A DNA stretch of 64,000 bases from Isurus oxyrinchus. Its lineage: Eukaryota. The stretch is taken from the NCBI GenBank assembly GCA_026770705.1, contig JANJGN010000557.1, positions 248,001-312,000 on the forward strand, given 5' to 3'. A program made the position numbers and the translations under genes. Numbering within the stretch: position 1 is the stretch's first letter; each line of letters opens with the position of its first letter. Shown here one piece after another: positions 59,510-64,000 of the stretch. A model generated the notes under the pieces. It ran no database searches and was not told the origin of the DNA. It saw nothing but the letters and a program-made list of their open reading frames with translations.

Positions 59510-61600
59510 TCATTCATGGGATGTGGACGACACTGGCTAGGCCAGAATTTATTGCCCATCCCTAATTGTCCTTGAGAATATGGTGGTGAGCTGCCTTCTT
59601 GAGCTGCTGCAGTCCCTGTGGTGTATGTACACCCACAGAACTGTTTGGGAGGGTGTTGCAGGATTCTGACCCAGCGACAGTGAAGGAACGGTGATATATT
59701 TCCAAGTCAGGATGGTAAGTGGCTTGGAGGGGAACTTCCAGGTGGTGGTGTTCCCATGTGTTTGCTGCCCTTGTCCTTCTAGATGGTAGTGATCATGTGT
59801 TTGGAAGGTGCTGTCTAAGGAGGCTTGGTGAATCCCTGTGTTGCATCTTGTAGATGGTACACACACTGCTGCCACTGTGCGTCAGTTGTGGAGGGAGAGA
59901 ATGTTTGTGGATGGGGTGCAAATCAAGCGGGGCTGCTTTGTCCTGGACGGTGTCGAGCTTCTTGAGTGTTGATGGAGCTGTACTCATCTAGGCAAGTGGG
60001 GAGTATTCCAACACACTCCTGACCTGTGCCTTGAGGTTGGTGGACAGACTTTGGGGAGTCAGGAGGCGAGTTACTCACCACAGGATTCCCAGCCTCTGGC
60101 CTGCTTTTGTAGTCACAGTATTTATATGGCTAGTCCAGTTCAGTTTCTGGTCAATGTTAACCCCCAGAAAGTTGATAGTGGGGGATTCAGTAATGGTGAT
60201 GCCATTGGACGCTAAGGGGAGATGGATATATTCTCTCTGGTTGGAGATGGTCATTGCCTGGCACTTGTGTGGCATGAATGTTGCTTGTCACTTGTCAGGC
60301 CAAGCCTGGATATTGTCCAGGTCTTGCTGCATTTGGACATGGACTGCTTCAGCATCTGATGAGTCATGAATGATGTTGAACGTTGTGCAATCATCAGCAA
60401 CCTTCCATAATTCTGACCATCTGATAGAATGAATGTCATTGATGAATCAGCTGAAGATGTTTGGGCCTAGGACACTACCCTGAGCAACTCCTGCGGTGAT
60501 GTCCTGGAATTGAGATGACTGACCTCCAACAACCACAACCACCTTCCTTTGTACTTGGTATGAATCCAACGAGTGGAGAGTTTTCCCTGTGACATGACAT
60601 GGCAGATGATGTGTGCTTGGTGCTCCAAATCCACAAGGGAAAATTGGTCATTCTATCACAATAGTTTTGCAATTTGTATTTAATACAAGAAGCGTGCACT
60701 GAATTCAGGAGTAATGAGTTGACCACAACCTTTAGAGATTTTAAAAATTCGATTAAGATATTTATTAACAAAATAAAAGATTTCAAGCACATACATAATG
60801 CCACAGTTAGTTACAGCTAAAATAAATTCTCAAATTCCTAATTAACCTGACTCCCAGTTACAGAGCCCGTTTAAGGCAACAGTCCAAAATAAGATTTTAG
60901 ATTAAAAACAAATCCAGCGAGTTAACACAGCACACACTTGACACTGGAATTCTAAATGGATTTCTCCAACTTTATTTACTGAACATAACAGACTTATGCA
61001 CAAATGCCTGGAGGCTTCTTCAAGCCTGTTTCACACACTCCTGTTAGATCTTACATGGCCCCCAACATAGCCTTTCATTCTCCTTTATAAAAGTTTCTCT
61101 CTCTTTGATATGTAAATTCCATTGTTCCATATGTCTTTGGAACTGTACCTTTCCCATAATATAAACTTTCATGTTGCCAATATTGTCAATGAAGTTTGGG
61201 TAAAATTAAAAAAAAACTCCTTAGCTTTGCTTGTTGGGCTTGTCCTAAACAGACCGACATCCCTTTGAAATCTAAACAACCCCTTCACACCTTACATGCT
61301 AAGGCAGACTCCATGTGTTCTCATTAGCATTTCAAGTACATTTCTACATCTAGCTTCTTTTGATAATCTCAAACTTGCAGTCTACCTGACTCCAGATGTA
61401 ATTAAACCACACAGACAGACACACATCTACACTCACACCCAGAAACCTAGTTTACAACAAACCAGGAAAATATTATGCAAACAATTATACTTTCGTACCA
61501 CCCCTGATTCACACTGACTCCAGTTTTGCTCGGGCTCCTAGAGGCCACACTCGGTTAAATGCAGCCTTGATGTCAAAGGCAGTCACTCTCACCTCACCTT
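59510..61600 (-). mobile_element. LINE (CR1/L2 clade) 3' part with a nested solo LTR at 60588-61500
   Basis: NFLGVNIDQKLNWTSHIN. The insert TGTGAC...TACCA splits the LINE sequence TTTTCCC|CCCCTGATTC. Confidence 0.88.
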
Positions 61601-61792
61601 GTATTAACAGATGTAAAATTATAGATAATTCATAAGCTTCTCACAATCTTTTACAGCATGGAAAAAGGTACAGCATTCAGAAAGCTCACTCAGAACCAAT
61701 AAAAAAAAAGTTGAGCAACATCATATTTCTGTTCATTACTATTTGACCATGTTGGCTGCACACACCCCACAGCCCCGCTCCCTGTTTCGCAC

Positions 61793-63900
61793 TCAGTTTT
61801 TCTGGAACCTGATCTGTGTGTATTCCGTGTCCTCGCTCCTGTGCACAGTCCTGTCACCGCTGGGCAGCTTTGAAAAGTTGATGTTGGCGTAGAGAATCTC
61901 GTCGGGTTTGTCAGGATTCCCATGTCCAGCATCGCCTCCCACTGGACCTTCAGAGAGATCCCAGGGGAGCTGGGGTCTCCCCCTCACTAGTTGTGTCTCT
62001 GGTTGTGTTCCGGGGCTCAGTAATCAGCACGTTCTGTTTACCCTACAGAGAAATGGAAACAGAAGACATCCTCACATCATTTACTGGCACTGATAGGGTT
62101 AAATTATTGTGCAGCCTCGTTAGTGTCAGTCGTGGCTCAGAGCGTTTAACCCTTTTTTTCAAAGACATCCAAAGAACCTCACGCAAATGAAGAAATTTTT
62201 GTTGAAGGGTGTCACTGCTATAGTGTTGGAAATGTGGCCGTGGGATCTTATACGACCACCTGAGAGGGTAAACATGGTCAGCATTATACAACTGTTCTGA
62301 AAGACAGCACCTTGAACACTACAATGTACTCTCAGTGCTGGCTTCTGACAGTGCGGCACTCCCTCACAACTGCCTCTTCGAGAAGGCAGCACCACTTGAA
62401 TATTGACTATGCGACAGTGCAGCACCCCCTCAGTACTGACCCTCGCACAGTGCAGCACCCCCTCAGTACTGACTCTCCGACAGTGCAGCACTCCCTCACT
62501 ACTGACCCTCCGACAGTGCAGCACTGCCTCAGTACTGACACTCCGACAGTGCAGCACTCCCTCAGTACCTACCCTCCGACAGTGCAGCACTCCCTCAGTA
62601 GTGACCCTCCGACAGTGCAGCACTCCCTCAGTACCTACCCTCCGACAGTGCAGCACTCCCTCAGTACTGACCCTCCGACAGTGCAGCACTGCCTCAGTAC
62701 TGACACTCCGACAGTGCAGCACTCCCTCAGTAGTGACCCTCCGACAGTGCAGCACTGCCTCAGTACTGACACTCCGACAGTGCAGCACTCCCTCAGTACC
62801 TACCCTCCGACAGTGCAGCACTCCCTCAGTAGTGACATCAGGTGCCTTGTGATTATTGTGTTCAGGTCTCTGGACAAAGAGCGAGTGATGGAGGGAGAGA
62901 GGGGGGAGGGACCGAGAGTCAGTATTACCTACTGAGCCATTGCTGACTCCACAGGTAGATATCTGTGGGTAACTGGGTTGGGAATCTGGGACACGTGTTG
63001 TCTACACACTGATATTGAAGCTTTGGAGTGAGTGTAAACAGCTCCTGTACCTGGTGCTTCACAGAGAGTGGACTGGGGCTCAATACAATGTCACTGGTCC
63101 CTAAAACTCTCTCCTCCATCGCTGTCTTTCTCCTGCAATAACACAATATCACACTGTGGTTATCATATAGCAGAGAGTCAGTGCAGCACAGACACAGAGC
63201 CCACTGTAACCTTACACCAACGACTGGACTGTCTCCAGTTGCAATAAGGGATATCAGTGTGATATCACTATAATGGAAGTGTGTCATGTGATCCAATTTT
63301 GCCTGACCCCTCCATCCCTGCTCTTCCCCCCGTAGCCCTTCAAATTTTGTCCCTTCAAGTATTTATCCAATTCCCCTTTTGAAAGTTCCTATTGAATCTG
63401 CTTCCACCGCCCTTTCAGGTAGCACCTTCCAGATCACAGCAACTGATTATTATTCATCTGGATAACGGGCAATGAAAAACACTCTCTGGATAATAAGGGA
63501 CAAAGTGACCAGTTACGGAGAGGCATCTGGCGCTTAACACAAGGGAAACAATCACCGACTTCAGGAAAGAACATTGAAGCAAATGTTTATCCAGGAGTAA
63601 TCGTGCAGAGTGAGGAATCTCTGGGCTCGTGATCGTTTACCTGGATACAGGACAATGAAAGGTTCTCTCCGGATCAGAGTGGACACAGGGATCACTTACA
63701 GAGAGGGACCTGGTGCTGATCCCAAGGGAAACAATCACCGACTTAAGGAAAGAACATTGAAGCAAATGTTTATATTAAAATCATGTTAAATCTTCAGACT
63801 TACTTTCTCACACAGATGAAGATGAAGATTCCAGCCAGGAAAACACTCAACATGATCCCAGCCGTGAACAATCCTACTGTCCATTTACTGGAGTCTCTAC
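61793..63900 (-). CDS. Gene C: 3' end of a gene B paralogue (TM 63900-63804; cytoplasmic exons 63132-63051, 62869-62837, 62042-61793). The last exon is frameshifted. Ig exons lie beyond the window.
   Basis: Exons align with gene B. The last exon is 250 nt against 249 in B, giving TGA at 61952-61950 before ILYANI and TEYTQI. Confidence 0.85.
62340..62835 (+). repeat. 33-bp minisatellite in a gene C intron
   Basis: About 14 units; paralogue of 33780-34085. Confidence 0.95.
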
Positions 63901-64000
63901 CTGTAAAAACAGCCATTAATTACTGCACTACAGGTTTACAATGATGCTCCGATGCATCTCGAGAAGCGATACACTCACTCAATGTTTAAATACTCATTCT

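Overview
Vertebrate genomic DNA, most likely a shark or other cartilaginous fish (inferred from its CR1/L2 LINEs, SINEs and the 33-bp CAGTGCAGCACTCCCTCAGTACTGACCCTCCGA minisatellite). It holds a cluster of Siglec (CD22/MAG-like) receptor genes, which I reconstructed exon by exon from splice sites and phases. Gene A (+, 174-9321) is activating-type: leader, two tandem V-set exons (the second with a TGA), a C2 exon, a broken C2 exon, and a TM exon with an intramembrane Arg and a short tail without tyrosine. Gene B (-, 53166-33150) is an intact 813-aa inhibitory-type receptor: V, C2, five near-identical tandem C2 exons, TM and an ITIM + ITSM tail. Its V domain has Tyr where the sialic-acid-binding Arg should be. 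Gene C (-, 3' end only) is a paralogue whose ITIM exon is frameshifted. Gene D (-) is a leader plus a truncated V exon fused to Gypsy debris. B, C and D come from a ~26-28 kb tandem duplication. The rest is LINE, SINE, LTR, Harbinger and Gypsy relics, minisatellites and three assembly gaps. Most long ORFs in the track are repeat artefacts. The best candidate for an undescribed system is a paired activating/inhibitory Siglec-like family with swapped V exons and a stalk that grows by exon duplication.
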